From Paramecium tetraurelia (taxonomy: Eukaryota), in NCBI GenBank assembly GCA_000165425.1, contig CT868063.1:248001-312000 (forward strand): a DNA stretch of 64,000 nucleotides, given 5' to 3'. This document shows, piece after piece, positions 29,542 through 42,500 of this stretch. The number at the start of each line of letters is the position of its first letter. The stretch's first letter is position 1. Below the pieces are notes generated by a model. It did no database searches and was not told where the DNA came from. It saw only the letters and a program-made list of their open reading frames with translations. The translations under genes and the position numbers were made by a program.

Positions 29542-30625
29542 ATGTTAACAGAACTTATTATTGAAATTTGTGAATGCGAAAGAAGAACAGAAACTGTCCG
29601 TAAATTACTTTCCTAATTATCCTAATTTGAACCTTATGCTGGTAAATTGTTTTATCAAGTTAGAGCATTCAAAAGAATGGACAAAAGTAGATGTGGAGAA
29701 ATCTCTTATCAAGATATCATTGATTTTATGCTTGATAATGACTGCAGTCTCACAAGTTTAGAAGCATCCTATTTACTGTAATATTTGGACTTCAACAGGG
29801 ATGGAAGAGTAACCTATACAGAGTATATTTGTACTTATCATAAAGCTTTGCTAAACAGATACTACCAAAAACTGATCTTATTCTTAAAGAAACAGCTGCT
29901 GCCAGAGATTCATACTTTGTATTAGCCAACAAAACTCTACCGAATGAAGTTGAATGGGGATTGTTCAAAATACTCCATTAGGAGTTGTCTAATTTCAAAC
30001 ATCTGAAAATTGTCAAAGAATTATGCAAGGAATCAGTCTAATAGGCATTCTAAATGATAGATCATTACTAACTAGGGTATTTCACAGCGCAACAGTATTA
30101 TATATATTATATTTTAATCATAGTTTGGAGAATTATTTTAAAAGCAATTACATACAATATGATAAGCAGGATATTAGTGCATTCTTTCATGCTTCAGATA
30201 GGGATGAAGATAATAAAATATCCATTGTGGAATTCAATTATGTCATTAAGCCTTTCCATCCCTCTTAAATTTTGAAGGACAGGGAGAGGGCTTTTTATAG
30301 CACTCCCAAAAAGTATCGTAGAATTGACAACTCCCCAAAACCATAGAATTCATTCACCAACGTGAGATCAAAATAATTCATTTATAAAACTCCTGTTAAG
30401 GCAGATCTATCTTAGCCGGACTTAGAAGTTTAGAAATAGCATTTGATCTAACAAAGCGACTTCAATTTAATTGATTTGTTTTATTAACAACCGAAGGCTA
30501 CTCCGGAAATGAAGTTTAGAAAATTTTGCAAAACCATTCTCCCAAAGAATGTCCCTCCAAATTACTAATCAAAGCCGATTAGTGCGAAGACATATTAGAT
30601 GATGCTCAATATACTTAGATAATGA
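29542..30625 (+). CDS. Multi-EF-hand protein
   Basis: FEPYA..AFKRMDKSRCGEISYQD, DFNRDGRVTYTE and DRDEDNKISIVE, followed by a low-complexity S/TP tail. Several short introns. Confidence 0.82.
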
Positions 30626-30655
30626 TAATTGTGATATTTCTATATATAACAGAAT

Positions 30656-31151
30656 TCATTTTTTTTTAAATTGATCGGCAACTACCTCTCCGATTTTCTC
30701 TTTTGCAGCATTTTCAATGGAGTTTGATGATTTATCCCATACGCTTTTGACTTTGTCATCTATCTAAGATAAAAATCATAAATGCGATTAATACGAATGA
30801 GAAGAATTGCTCTATCTTCTTTTCATGCTAGTATATAAAGGGCTAGATTGAGTTATTGAATATTGCAGCTGAAAATTTAAAGTTGTTATAAATCAATCCG
30901 ATTGCCAATGAAACTAAGACTATGTCAACTAGCAAACTACGTTTAAATATTTAAATACTCATTCAAAACTATTTCAAGAACAATATCTAAAAGCGATATC
31001 ATCCAATTTATGCACCAATATTTTAACAAAGTTTGTTGTCCCTCCTTATCCTTATTCTTCAGTACTTTGAAGGATTGTATTAGTGGATATATGATTCGGA
31101 TTGTATGCCTATTAAATTAGTATTGATAAATTACAAAAGGAAATTCATCAT
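30656..31151 (-). CDS. TB2/DP1/HVA22 (REEP/YOP1-like) ER-shaping membrane protein
   Basis: IIYPLIQSFKVL...QQTLLKYWCI...AAIFNNSIQPFIYQHEKKIEQFF. Three short introns. Ends QFKKK-TGA. Confidence 0.8.
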
Positions 31152-31175
31152 TTCAATATTTTAAATAATTTAATA

Positions 31176-31907
31176 ATGTTCGACGAATACAATGAGGATT
31201 AAGGATTTGTTGATTAACCTCATCAAAGAGAGGAGTACGAAGACAGTTACCTGTATCGTGGAATAGATTAATATTGCCACCTCACTGAGATACCCAAGTT
31301 GAACACCAAAGTGTAAGTAGACAGATACAATACCTTGATGGAACAAGATGCGGACACCAAGAACATTCCTAAAACATTTGGAAACAATTTCAAGAAGTTT
31401 ATGGATAATCAATTATAATTGAGTAAAGACTATTTCTTTAAGAACCCTATCCCAAAAGAAATGGTTACCTTTCTCAATAAGAAAAAGACTGGCAAATAAG
31501 CGGATTATACAATCCAAGATTTTAGAGAACTTTTCCAAAATAAACAATCGAATGCTTGGTTTTAATTTTACATTGAAAACTTCTCTTTCTTAGATCTGGT
31601 CAACTCCAACAGGATAGATGATCCCGAGAAATATATCAAGTTTATTGAACAATATTTAGCAGGGGCCAGAGATCCATCCAATTTCATTTCGAGTCGTCCC
31701 ATCAAAAATAGCAAATAGGAGAAGAAGAAGTAGAAAAGAGAGGAGAGAATCGAAGTTCAATCGATTCATTAGGGATATGTGTTGCCTCAGATTATTGAGG
31801 AGGAACAAGATTAAGCTTAACATCAACATCAAAATGATTATGAAGAATCTAATCAAATACTCATCAATTACGGCAGAGAGGTTGGTTAGAACCCGTATTA
31901 GGATTGA
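31176..31907 (+). CDS. Hypothetical protein, 243 aa (DTKNIPKTFG motif)
   Basis: Intronless 732-nt code-6 ORF from ATG to TGA with coding-like GC content. Confidence 0.75.
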
Positions 31908-31944
31908 AAACATATTATTAAAAATATTTAGTGATATTAATATA

Positions 31945-34698
31945 ATGGATACTAGATAATTCGAACAGAAACCATCGGTTCAAAGTTATTCTTCATTCGA
32001 CTCCTACGTCATTCAAGATGAACATGATGGAAATCTCAGTATTCATCAATTAAAAGAAAAGCCATTCTTCAGTTTCTAAGAAGCTAAAGATCAAAATGCA
32101 GAAGCCAACTTAAATACTAATGGTAAAAATAACCAACACAAACAAAAATAACCTTACGAAACAGTACTCCCTAAACATATAATAGGTTCAGGATTTACTA
32201 TACACCGAAGAGAAATTGGAATTGCCATCTTAACAACTTAAACAAATTCCTAAATTACAATAAAATTTTGTTAACATAAAGTTATTAAACTTATCCTAAA
32301 ACCAGTTAACAACTGTCCCTCCCCAAATCATGTAATTGTTTACTCTTTCTATTTGAATAGGCGTATGACCAACCTACAAAAATTGATTTTGAGCAGTAAT
32401 CAAATTAATGTTTTGCCAATATTCTTGCAAACCCTCAAATACTTGGAATATTTAGACATGCAAGACAATCTAGTCAAGGTGTTCAACATCAATCCCCCAG
32501 AACTCAAATATCTAAACTTATCCAACAATTACATAGAATAACTATATTTCCCTAATCTTGAGCATCTGTGTATCCAAATGAACTGCTTCACTGTTGTGCC
32601 CAAAGGGTTTCATAAGGTGCTCTATGGAATGCAGTACTTCGAATTCGATTGGTTCAAGTATTGCAAGCCTGCTTTGCCAATGAAGATTAATTTCGAGAAG
32701 TACTAGCACATCAAGGATAAGTTGATATCCATGTTGTAGTCCACAAGTCTCACTTTTGAAACCTTCGTTAAACTGTTGAGTATCTCAGAACCTAATTTCT
32801 ATTAGACAGACTATAAGTAGTTATTTATTTGACTATCCTCTCTAGATACAGGAATTTATTTTTTTCAGCAGGATCATCAAACGAAATAGGAATTCTCTAT
32901 AGTCTAATCTAGATAATACCTGAACAAATCAACAATTTAGATTTCGATCAAAATACTCCTTTGAGTGCTTGTTACAATGAAGGTAAAGCGAGGTAATAAT
33001 ATACTTTAATAAAGATCAGTCAAAGTATTAAGAAGTCTGGGTGGCAAATTTGCTCCATAATCAATCCACGTCATTTGTTAAAGAGTAGATTTAGCCTTTT
33101 TCAAAATACTTCTCAATCTTAATGAAGAAGATAACTCAACTACACACCATACTGATTTGAATCTCATTCATTTTAGAAATGTGGATGGCAACACTCCTTT
33201 ACATCAGTTGTTCATGAATTACTCAAAGAGTCCAGATGCTAAAGTAATGGCAGATGTACTATTGTCTTTGGGAGCTGATCCAAATGGTGAAAACAATGAA
33301 GGATGGACTCCTTTGGATTTGGCTGTTAGAAAAGGCTAAATCAATTCGATTTAATACGCTGTAGAATACAATAAGAGATTATTCCAATTGAGATCACATC
33401 AATAATTATTCGATTTCCAAAAAAAGTCAGGTTAAAGTGAATGGTCTTTGGGTCATGTGGCTGCCAGTGTTGGCAATATAGATATATTGGAATTGCTCAG
33501 TCAGGTATTGATTTTGTATATGATAGATTAACATAGATATATTTTAAGTTAGTAAATGCAATAGATTACCAAGACATTTGGCAATATAAAGTTTGACAAT
33601 GTTGAAAAATATGAGAAAATTGGAAAAAAGATGGATTATTAAAAGAGTATTGCATGATTCAGTTTCAGTGTCACAAACAGAGAAAAATGTTTATCAAATG
33701 AAAAATCAAATTGAAAAAAATATGACTAAGAAACATTAGAATATAGCTTAGAAACTCATAGAGAATGAGGATGATAATATTGATATTGATTTTGATATAG
33801 AAGATAACTCTTTTAGAATAGCTAGTGAAAGTTCTATTAAAGATGTAGTCACTGAATCAGCACCTATATTTCAAAGATTAGCTAACAAGGAAGTCACCAG
33901 AATGCAATTAGAAAAATAAAATATGTCTACTCTAGATACTACTGATTTTGCTGATCATCTGCCTGAAATATAGAAACTCCTGAGAAATCATAATTATGAG
34001 GTTGCTCTTCAAAAACTGAAGTATGCATTATTGAGTGACATGCTACCATTGTCTGAAAGATTAAAGTATAAGGATTACATATAGATGATTCAATTTAAAA
34101 TGAAATATTCAAAAGTGGAAATGCAATCATATTTAAGGAGTAGTCTGAATCTAACTTTGAGTGAGTTCCAATTCAAAGGAATTCCGTTGGATCAAAAATG
34201 TATTATGTGATTATATTTAATATAGCTAAACTGATTAAGGAATTGGTAAGTTTAAACAAAGATCAATCAAGGAATGAGGCTTCAAAAATTTAATTTCATA
34301 TAGAAAAAATGCAACTTGTATGTTAGAATCCGTTGCTGCATCAAGATTTACTCGCAAAAGATTTGGCTACTATCAATGAGTTGAGATAGAAATTGAGCAA
34401 TAATCTTATTTATGATATTGCTAATTATGCTGAATCTATATATCAGTTGAATGACTAAATCTATTATTGGATAAATACGAATCATGGGAGATGTGAGAAG
34501 CTGTTGATCAAGTCGAACATTCCGAACCTTGTTAATTATGAATGCTTATAGAAGATGAGATTCGTCAAGAAGGCGAAATCTAGGGACAAAGATTATGACA
34601 ACATCGAACAAGATATGATAGAACCAGAGTCATCTATATCTTCGTATTAATAATTTACTTACATTATTACGCCTTTTCAAAATAGCAAACGATTCTGA
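31945..34698 (+). CDS. Leucine-rich-repeat plus ankyrin-repeat protein
   Basis: LRRs (LQKLILSSNQINVLP, LEYLDMQDN, LKYLNLSNN) followed by ankyrin repeats (GNTPLH, GADPN..GWTPLDLA). Several short introns. Confidence 0.85.
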
Positions 34699-34757
34699 AA
34701 TTTGTTAATTTAATTTTATTATTCTATAATTTATACTTTTATTTTTACAGCAGAATT

Positions 34758-35777
34758 ATGAATTACCATCAAGAAGTATTAAAATATGGATTTAGTAATT
34801 AGAAATATCGATTGATGAGAACTCCACTCCCATTCGATTGAAATGGACAGGCAGAAATAAGGCCTGTTGCGGCGACACAATATTTTACACCAACCAAAGT
34901 GCTAAATTTCTCATAGTTCTTATGCTGTTGTTTATTGAAGCCATTCTATATTAGATGATTTACGTAAAATCAATTCTAAGCCTTAGATGAAGATATAATA
35001 TGTCGAATTGGTTCTATCACTCCTATCCATCTATTTATTGATTGCTACTTATTGTACAGATCCTGGAATTATGCCTAAAATTGTAACATATCAGCATATA
35101 TGTAGATAGTTTTATAAACACGAAGATGACGTAGAAAAACTGTAGATACCCTAATCCACCAAGAAGAAGGAGACACAACATATTATCGTCAGATTGGAGA
35201 CTCACACAATCAGACTAAAATTTTGTCCCACTTGCAAAATATACAGACCCTCTAGACTATCCCATTGTGGGTTTTGCAATAATTGTGTATTGAGATTTGA
35301 TCATCATTGCAATTGGATTGGGACATGTATAGGAAGGAGAAATGTAAGATCTTTTTATTTTTTCTTGCTCGTCCTTAACACACAGCTCATTTTCGAAATA
35401 GTCAAGCTCTCTATCTAATAATCGACTATTTGTATATATTGCATAGTTCTGATCGTGGCCTTAGCGTTGGTCACAGTCTTAACCTTTGCTTTGTTTTGTT
35501 ATCATACATTTCTGATTTGCAAGAACTAAACAACAAATGAACATTTAAAACACACTTGGACTTTGGAAAGCGGAAATCCATATGATAAGTAAGAACATTT
35601 TATTATTAACTTAGGGGTTCAATCTCAAAAAATATCTGTAATGTATTACTAAGTCATATACCCAATCGATTGGTTTATTTAAACAAAAGATTATTTTCTT
35701 AACACACCCTCAAGGCAAAAGAAGATAAAGAATAATAATAAGTTGAGTTGACGAAGGTCAATTCATCGACTGATTGA
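34758..35777 (+). CDS. DHHC palmitoyl acyltransferase
   Basis: [52 protein letters not shown] and NPYDKG. Confidence 0.95.
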
Positions 35778-36548
35778 TATACATCATTTATTTGGTATTA
35801 TTTTACATCATTTATATTCTAAATAATAAATTACAAGAAATCAAACATAATAATAATCGAATTCAAGAGTATTCTGAATATATCATTGTTTACATAAAAT
35901 TATTGTTTAATAAAAATCAAATTATTTTATTATATAAGAATGAAGAATATGAATAAGAATTTAGTATAAATGAATTTAATGCTACTCTGATAGACTAAGT
36001 TCATCTCCAATTTTAGGTTATATGAACATTTAAAACATAATTTACAAACTTTGCATCTTAATTTTTAAAGTAATTATGCTTGTATTTATACTAATTTTGA
36101 CACTTAATATATTTCTATTTCATTAGATTGTAATTTTATGAATCTTTGATCTAACACATTAATATTTTCTTAATTCTATTTGATTTCATCTTTTGCCCTC
36201 TTATTTTATAGATTAGATTTGTTAACTAGAAACATTTTAATTGTATAATTAATCAAAGATTTTCTTAAGTATTCAACTTACCAATGAAAATGCTAAAATA
36301 GCCCTGAAAATAATCTTTATTTAATTTAATCAAAATCAAATCCAATCAATATATATATTTTCATTCTTGAATTACTTGATACTTAACTCACAATTTAAAT
36401 ACAGTTTATTAATTATTTGATAAGGAACCTCCAAGTAAAGATAATTGCTTTAAGAATACTAGCAACTATTATTTAAAAAGCCTGTAGAACAAAGTAATGT
36501 TATTGATTCTAATAATATATTTACTTTGGTTATATTATAATTAAAATT

Positions 36549-39500
36549 ATGAATCCAGAACCTATTACTTTTTCATCTTTGATTGTGCTTAATATGAGTG
36601 CATTCCCGAACTTATCCCTATACTCAAATGGATTCAGCACATAGAATTTTAATTTGAGATCATTTCACCAATTGAAAGGTGACTTAGATTAAGATTATTA
36701 GAATTGCGTTTTCAGAATACTGCCAGTTCTGAATTACAAGGCTCACGATGATCTTTTGCGATAATTCTAGGATTCTAATTTCAAGAACTTAGAAATGTAT
36801 GAGTAAGGTCAAAGAAGAAATAAAATTTAAACCACATTGCTCAATTTAGAAAACGAACTAACTTCAAATATCTCTCTAACAAAAAAACTAGCAGGCACCC
36901 CTTTGGTTTTTAGTTCATCAATATTTCACTTAGTTCATGTTTCTTCATTGAAATTCTTAGCCTTAGATGATCAAAATCTGGAAGCATTATAATTTAAATT
37001 AATTGACTTCCCAAATAGTAACACATTATTAAAATTCAATCCTTGTTTGAATTTCCAAAAACTAAGAACCAATTTAGTGTATAGCGGAGACGTAGTATGT
37101 ATATCTGCAAACAAGCAAGTGTGCAATAGAACAGCAAATCTATTTACTGATTATTGGGGATTAAATTATTATGAATTGCAAGACGAACCATAGAAATACG
37201 AGGACGAAGTCTGTAAAGCTAAGGTGATAGCATCTGTTGAGGATTAAACTTAATGGAGAATCAAAATATTTCAAAATCAACAAGAAAATGATGAAGCCTT
37301 ATTCGTAGGAGACGTGGCCATATTTCATTTGCCAGAACTGAACGTAACAAATTCATAATCGATAGTTATATTTGAATGCAAAGAAAACCTAAGACATCCA
37401 AGAAAAAGTCAAAGAAATCTTAGATCGCAATACTGTCGTCGACATCAGCAATATAATTCAAGACAAAGTCATTTATACAAAATAGCAGACTCTCTTTCCA
37501 GGATAGCAAGCTGTGATGTCAAGATAAGTAAGTGAAGAAGTGGGTAGAAGTGAACCAAAGAACTATAAATCAGATTCTCAAAATAGTCATATTTATGAGA
37601 AGTAGCAATCTCGTTCCTCTCAAATTATTCAGGCCTCAAAAAATATAAAAGAAATAGATAAGGCTCTCTATTCAGAAATTAAGTTATATTTTAGCAACTT
37701 TACTGGTAACAAATCAGATAAAATTACTATTCCCTTTAGTGCTTATTGGAGAATAGAATCCGATAATTTCACTGGAGGGGAAGTCAAATGGGATAAGTGC
37801 TATCGCATTAGACATTTTTAAACTGGATAATACTTGGATGTCGATATAATGAGATAAGTAATACTTACAGAGAAGGTGACTAAGAATACCTTATTCTAAT
37901 TTGTGGCTATTAAGAAGAATTCTAAATACGTGGATAAAGAATCCTATTTCTTAATTAAGCATTTTCTGACTGGGACTTATTTAAATATTAGAAATGATCC
38001 TGTGTGCACAACTTAAGATGTTAATTTAATAAATTGCATTAAATTCAGGAAAACTGATTATGAGGATATCTGGGAAAAGAGATTCTTAGTATTTTTGGTA
38101 CCAATTTTAAAGGAGGCTATTTCATATTTCGAAATTCTTCAGCCTCTTACAAGTATTGCTTTTATGAAGAAAAACGAAGTCTAAGAGAGAATTGAATTTT
38201 ATTACCTTTTTGAAAAGCTCAATTCTCTACTTGAAATCTTGAATCAGTTTATGTATAACAAATTAGTGAGTAACATATAAACAACTCAAGATTTCTCATT
38301 TGTTTCCTAAAATAGATAGGACATTATTAGAGAGGAGAATATCTTACCTTTGCTCATCTGGTTGATATGTAAGACATTCCCTAATCCAGATGAAAAAATA
38401 GAAGGATCTGAACAAAACCTAATTAAAGATTTGTGTGGTGAGAATTCATTTATTTTAAGAGTCTTAACTATGATTCAACAAAAGATGGACAAATCTAATG
38501 ATATAGAATATGAGAAAAAGGTTTAGAAAATGAAAGAATAATTGGAAGATAATCATAGAAAAAGGAAAAGACTATTACAATTAAAACTATTTCAAACCAT
38601 TAAAATAGCATGTCATAACAATTAAAGGAATCAAGAGATTTTAATGAAGTTTTTTAAACATTTTGAAAAGCATATAGCACATGATTATGTATGTACAACA
38701 ATTAGTTAATCCATTTCAAATAATTATCAAATTCTGAGTATGCTCAATAAACAGGAAATCCCATATGATATGAAGTCTACAATGAATTTCAACAATATAG
38801 ATCAAAAGAATTAAAAAAGTCAAAGTACAATTCTATCAAGACTATTGGACATCATTTCTAAGAGTGATCAACTTCTACCAGAATTGTTACATTTTCTGTC
38901 AGAAACTTGTGAGGCAAATGGAGAACCTGTGTTTTCGAATTAAGAATACTTATTAAATAGCATTTAATTATTGAATCAAAAGGTAAGGAATGACAAAGGA
39001 GAAGAGAAAGTTTATATGAATTTAGAACCCATACAAGAGAAGGAAGGAAACTATACGGAATTTTATATTACATACAGAACTTCAAATAAGACCTATGTCA
39101 CTAGAATGCTACATGATTTTTTGAATGATTATAGATAATTCAAAGATGTTGATCATTTTTATGTGGTGTAATACAACTATTTAATTGAATAATTGGCTTT
39201 TTTTTCAAATATTTGTTTTCATCGAAATACTGCAGCAAGAGAATTGATCTCAAAAACATTTACTTACTCCTTTTTATTATCTTATGCTGAATAAAATAAT
39301 CACCAATAAGGATTCATGAGTGGAGAGCAGAATTTTGTAGATGAATAGGTTAGAGCCTACTTTTTCAGAATGATTCGAACCTTGTATATTGATAGAGAAC
39401 CTTATACAACAACCCCTAAACCAGAACTAGTAAGAATTTAAGAGGAAAAGACTACTCAAAAGACTTTGTTTTTATTTGATGAAACATCTAGTTAAAAGTG

Positions 39501-42500
39501 CGAAAAAGGAGAGTTTGATATTTAAAAATTGAAATATAAGATGCTCTAATATTTGCATGAATAGTCTGTAAAACTTGAAAATAATATAGAAGAAGAAACT
39601 GTTTATAACTTAGAGACTCTAGAAATCATTAAGATATTAGAATTAATGTTAAAGTTTGAGTTGTTTTGGAAAAGAGACGTTGAAGGTCCCATATAGAAAA
39701 AGAATTCAAATAAACGAGGAGCCTCCATTTTTAATAAAATATCAGAAAATGGAGTGGGATTAAAGGAAATTGATAGGTTGATTACAGCATTATCAAAGAT
39801 TTTGGAGTATGATCATCAGTACTTCAAGTGTTTAGCAAATGCAAAAATCAAGAGGAATTGGTAAACAGATAATGAAAAAGACAAAGGCTTTATGAAATTC
39901 AATATCTCTGGTATCAGCCAAGTATTTGAAAAAGAGAGCAAGGAAAAAGATGAATAATAACAATCTAATAATAATTTTAGGTAGGTTAAGTAATAAGATA
40001 CGGAAGTTGTAAATGATTCCTTGTTTAAGAAAATGAAAAATGTCAGAAAAGTACTTTAAAGATATAATAATAAAACATTCACCCTTAGAGAAAATAAAGA
40101 AGAAGACTACCAGGTGTTGATCAAGATATAGATATGTTAAATATTCTCCTATTTAATGGATGTCTCATAAGATTATTGGATAGATAATGCCTTAGAGTTC
40201 TATAAATCTCTATAATAAAATAAGTAATTAAATGATGAAGTTAAGGAGGAAGACTTAATTAAACTCTTTCCTGAGGAAATATTAATGTCAGGAGAATAAT
40301 GGGTTGATAAACAAGATAGTGAAAAAAAAGCAAATAAATAATCAGCCCCTGTCTTAAAAAGCTTTGATGAAGTCTTGAGAAGACCATTCATAGAAGTATT
40401 GCTAATTGCATTGTATTTCTCAAGAAACCCATAATTAGAGAATTAGATTGTGGAGTTGATCTAAAGATTTGCAAGATAAAAAAAAGAATTCTTATAGCAT
40501 TTTGAGAATATATAGATATTAGACACCAATGAGTCTCAATAATTGTTTAATGTGTGGGTTTAAATGACATCAATATTAAAAAATAATGTTTAAAGGAGTT
40601 AAACTTGGATAGCAGAAAACAATAGAATAATGCATCAAACACTTTAATGTCTCTGGAAAATAGATAGCATATTTTAATAAACTGAGAGCGTTTCATTAAA
40701 ATTAAAATAGTAAATATTTGAACATATAGGCGGTTATGAAGTTTTAATAGAGTTAATAAACAAAGCTTTAACTGTCATTGACTAAAAATCATTCCCCCCT
40801 GATCTAATATTATTACTTAAGCATACCATGAATATTATGGCTTATTTTGCCAAAGATAATGAAAGAAATTCCTTAACAGTTTATAGAAAAGTTGTTAAGA
40901 AAATCATTTAGAATAGCAATTAAAATATTGGTTAAATAAGCTTAATTTGCTCATTATTTGAGAAAAAGCCAACTTTGTATGGACAGCTTGGATAATAGGA
41001 ATATGATTATTTTATACAATTGATAAAATAACATGGAAGATATCCAGAATTTCTATAATTTTATTTAGAAATTATAGAAGTTACTGAAATATATTCCAAA
41101 AAGTCAGTTGACATGTTTGAAATCATCATTGAAAAATTAACAGATCCTATGGGCTTATAACCTGATCAAGATAATTACAATCCCTTATATCCATTTTAAG
41201 ACTCTTACAAAATCACTGACTTTTTTGATTACACTCCTAACAAATAAAAATATTAATTTTACTTCATCAATATCATATCGAAATGTCTTTCAAAGAAAAT
41301 TAGAGCCTCATTAATTAGTCAAGCCATTGAATTTTTGAAACTGCAGGATCTTCTTGAACACACACTCATAGTAACCTAAAGAATTTTGGGATGTATAAAA
41401 TAAAAAGAGAAGCCTCATTATGAGGATATCTAATTGTAAAGTGACTATTGGAACATTATTAAAACTATGGTATTTCATAAACCAGAAACACTTGATGAAC
41501 TTATGTTTCCATATAATTCTGAAATCTTAAATAAAATACTTACTGATGAACATAAGGCGATCAAACAAAAGGATAAGTTTATACCTTAGAATTTGAATTA
41601 CTTGTTCGATTCCTTATTACCTGTTGTAAATAGATATAACGAATTGTTGCAAAATGCCTTATTATCTTCCGAGAAAGATTAACATTAAATTAGCGAATTT
41701 GTGTCTTTCTTTTTAGAAAATCTTGATAAAATGTTCTTTTTGGCTCCAGCAGAATTAACCAATAATAAATAAAGATTAAAAACCATATCCGATTTAGGTT
41801 AAACTTTCAATATTCAAATTCCAATCAAATTTTTTTAGCTAGACCCTAATATCTCCTAGGATGAAAAGACAGCTGATATGTAAACTCATTATGCACAGTC
41901 TTAAGAAAACACTTAAATAAGTTAATTTCGTAAGAAGTATTTTGGCTAAGAATTTGTCAAAGATTTAGTTAAAAAGGAATCCTTAAAGTTATCAAATTCC
42001 ATTTGGACTATTTAAAATATGTTTAAAGATGATAGAAAACAAGAAGTAAAGGATCTATTATTGACAAACTCAGATATTATTGTTAAAATTCTAACTTATT
42101 TGGAATTTTGGAAGACAAACGGAGCCAGTAGAGAGAATATCATCTTTATTCTCAAAGTATTATCTGCCATATTAAAAGACACAGAAAACGAATTATACGA
42201 GAGGCAAGTGTTATTTAATAGAATGAATGTCACTTAAATATTGATAGTTTTATTATGTGAATCTGAATTAGAACCAGTTTATATGGGTACTATAATGTCA
42301 TTTATGATACTACTATTAAAAAATGGAAATTAAAATGTTTAAAAAACTGCTTATGAGTATTTTTTATCAAACACACAATGTGAGAAGTTTTTTAAATAAC
42401 TCAAAAATGTATTCGATATTCAAATATTATCAATGAGTAGAGCCCATAAATTAAATTATTAGGAAAATAAATTAGTTTGTAAAGCTTTGAAATTAACACA

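Noticed and set aside
35780..36540. Long TGA-free frame on the - strand between the DHHC and channel genes
   Set aside because: Very AT-rich with no motif. Long open frames arise easily when TGA is the only stop.
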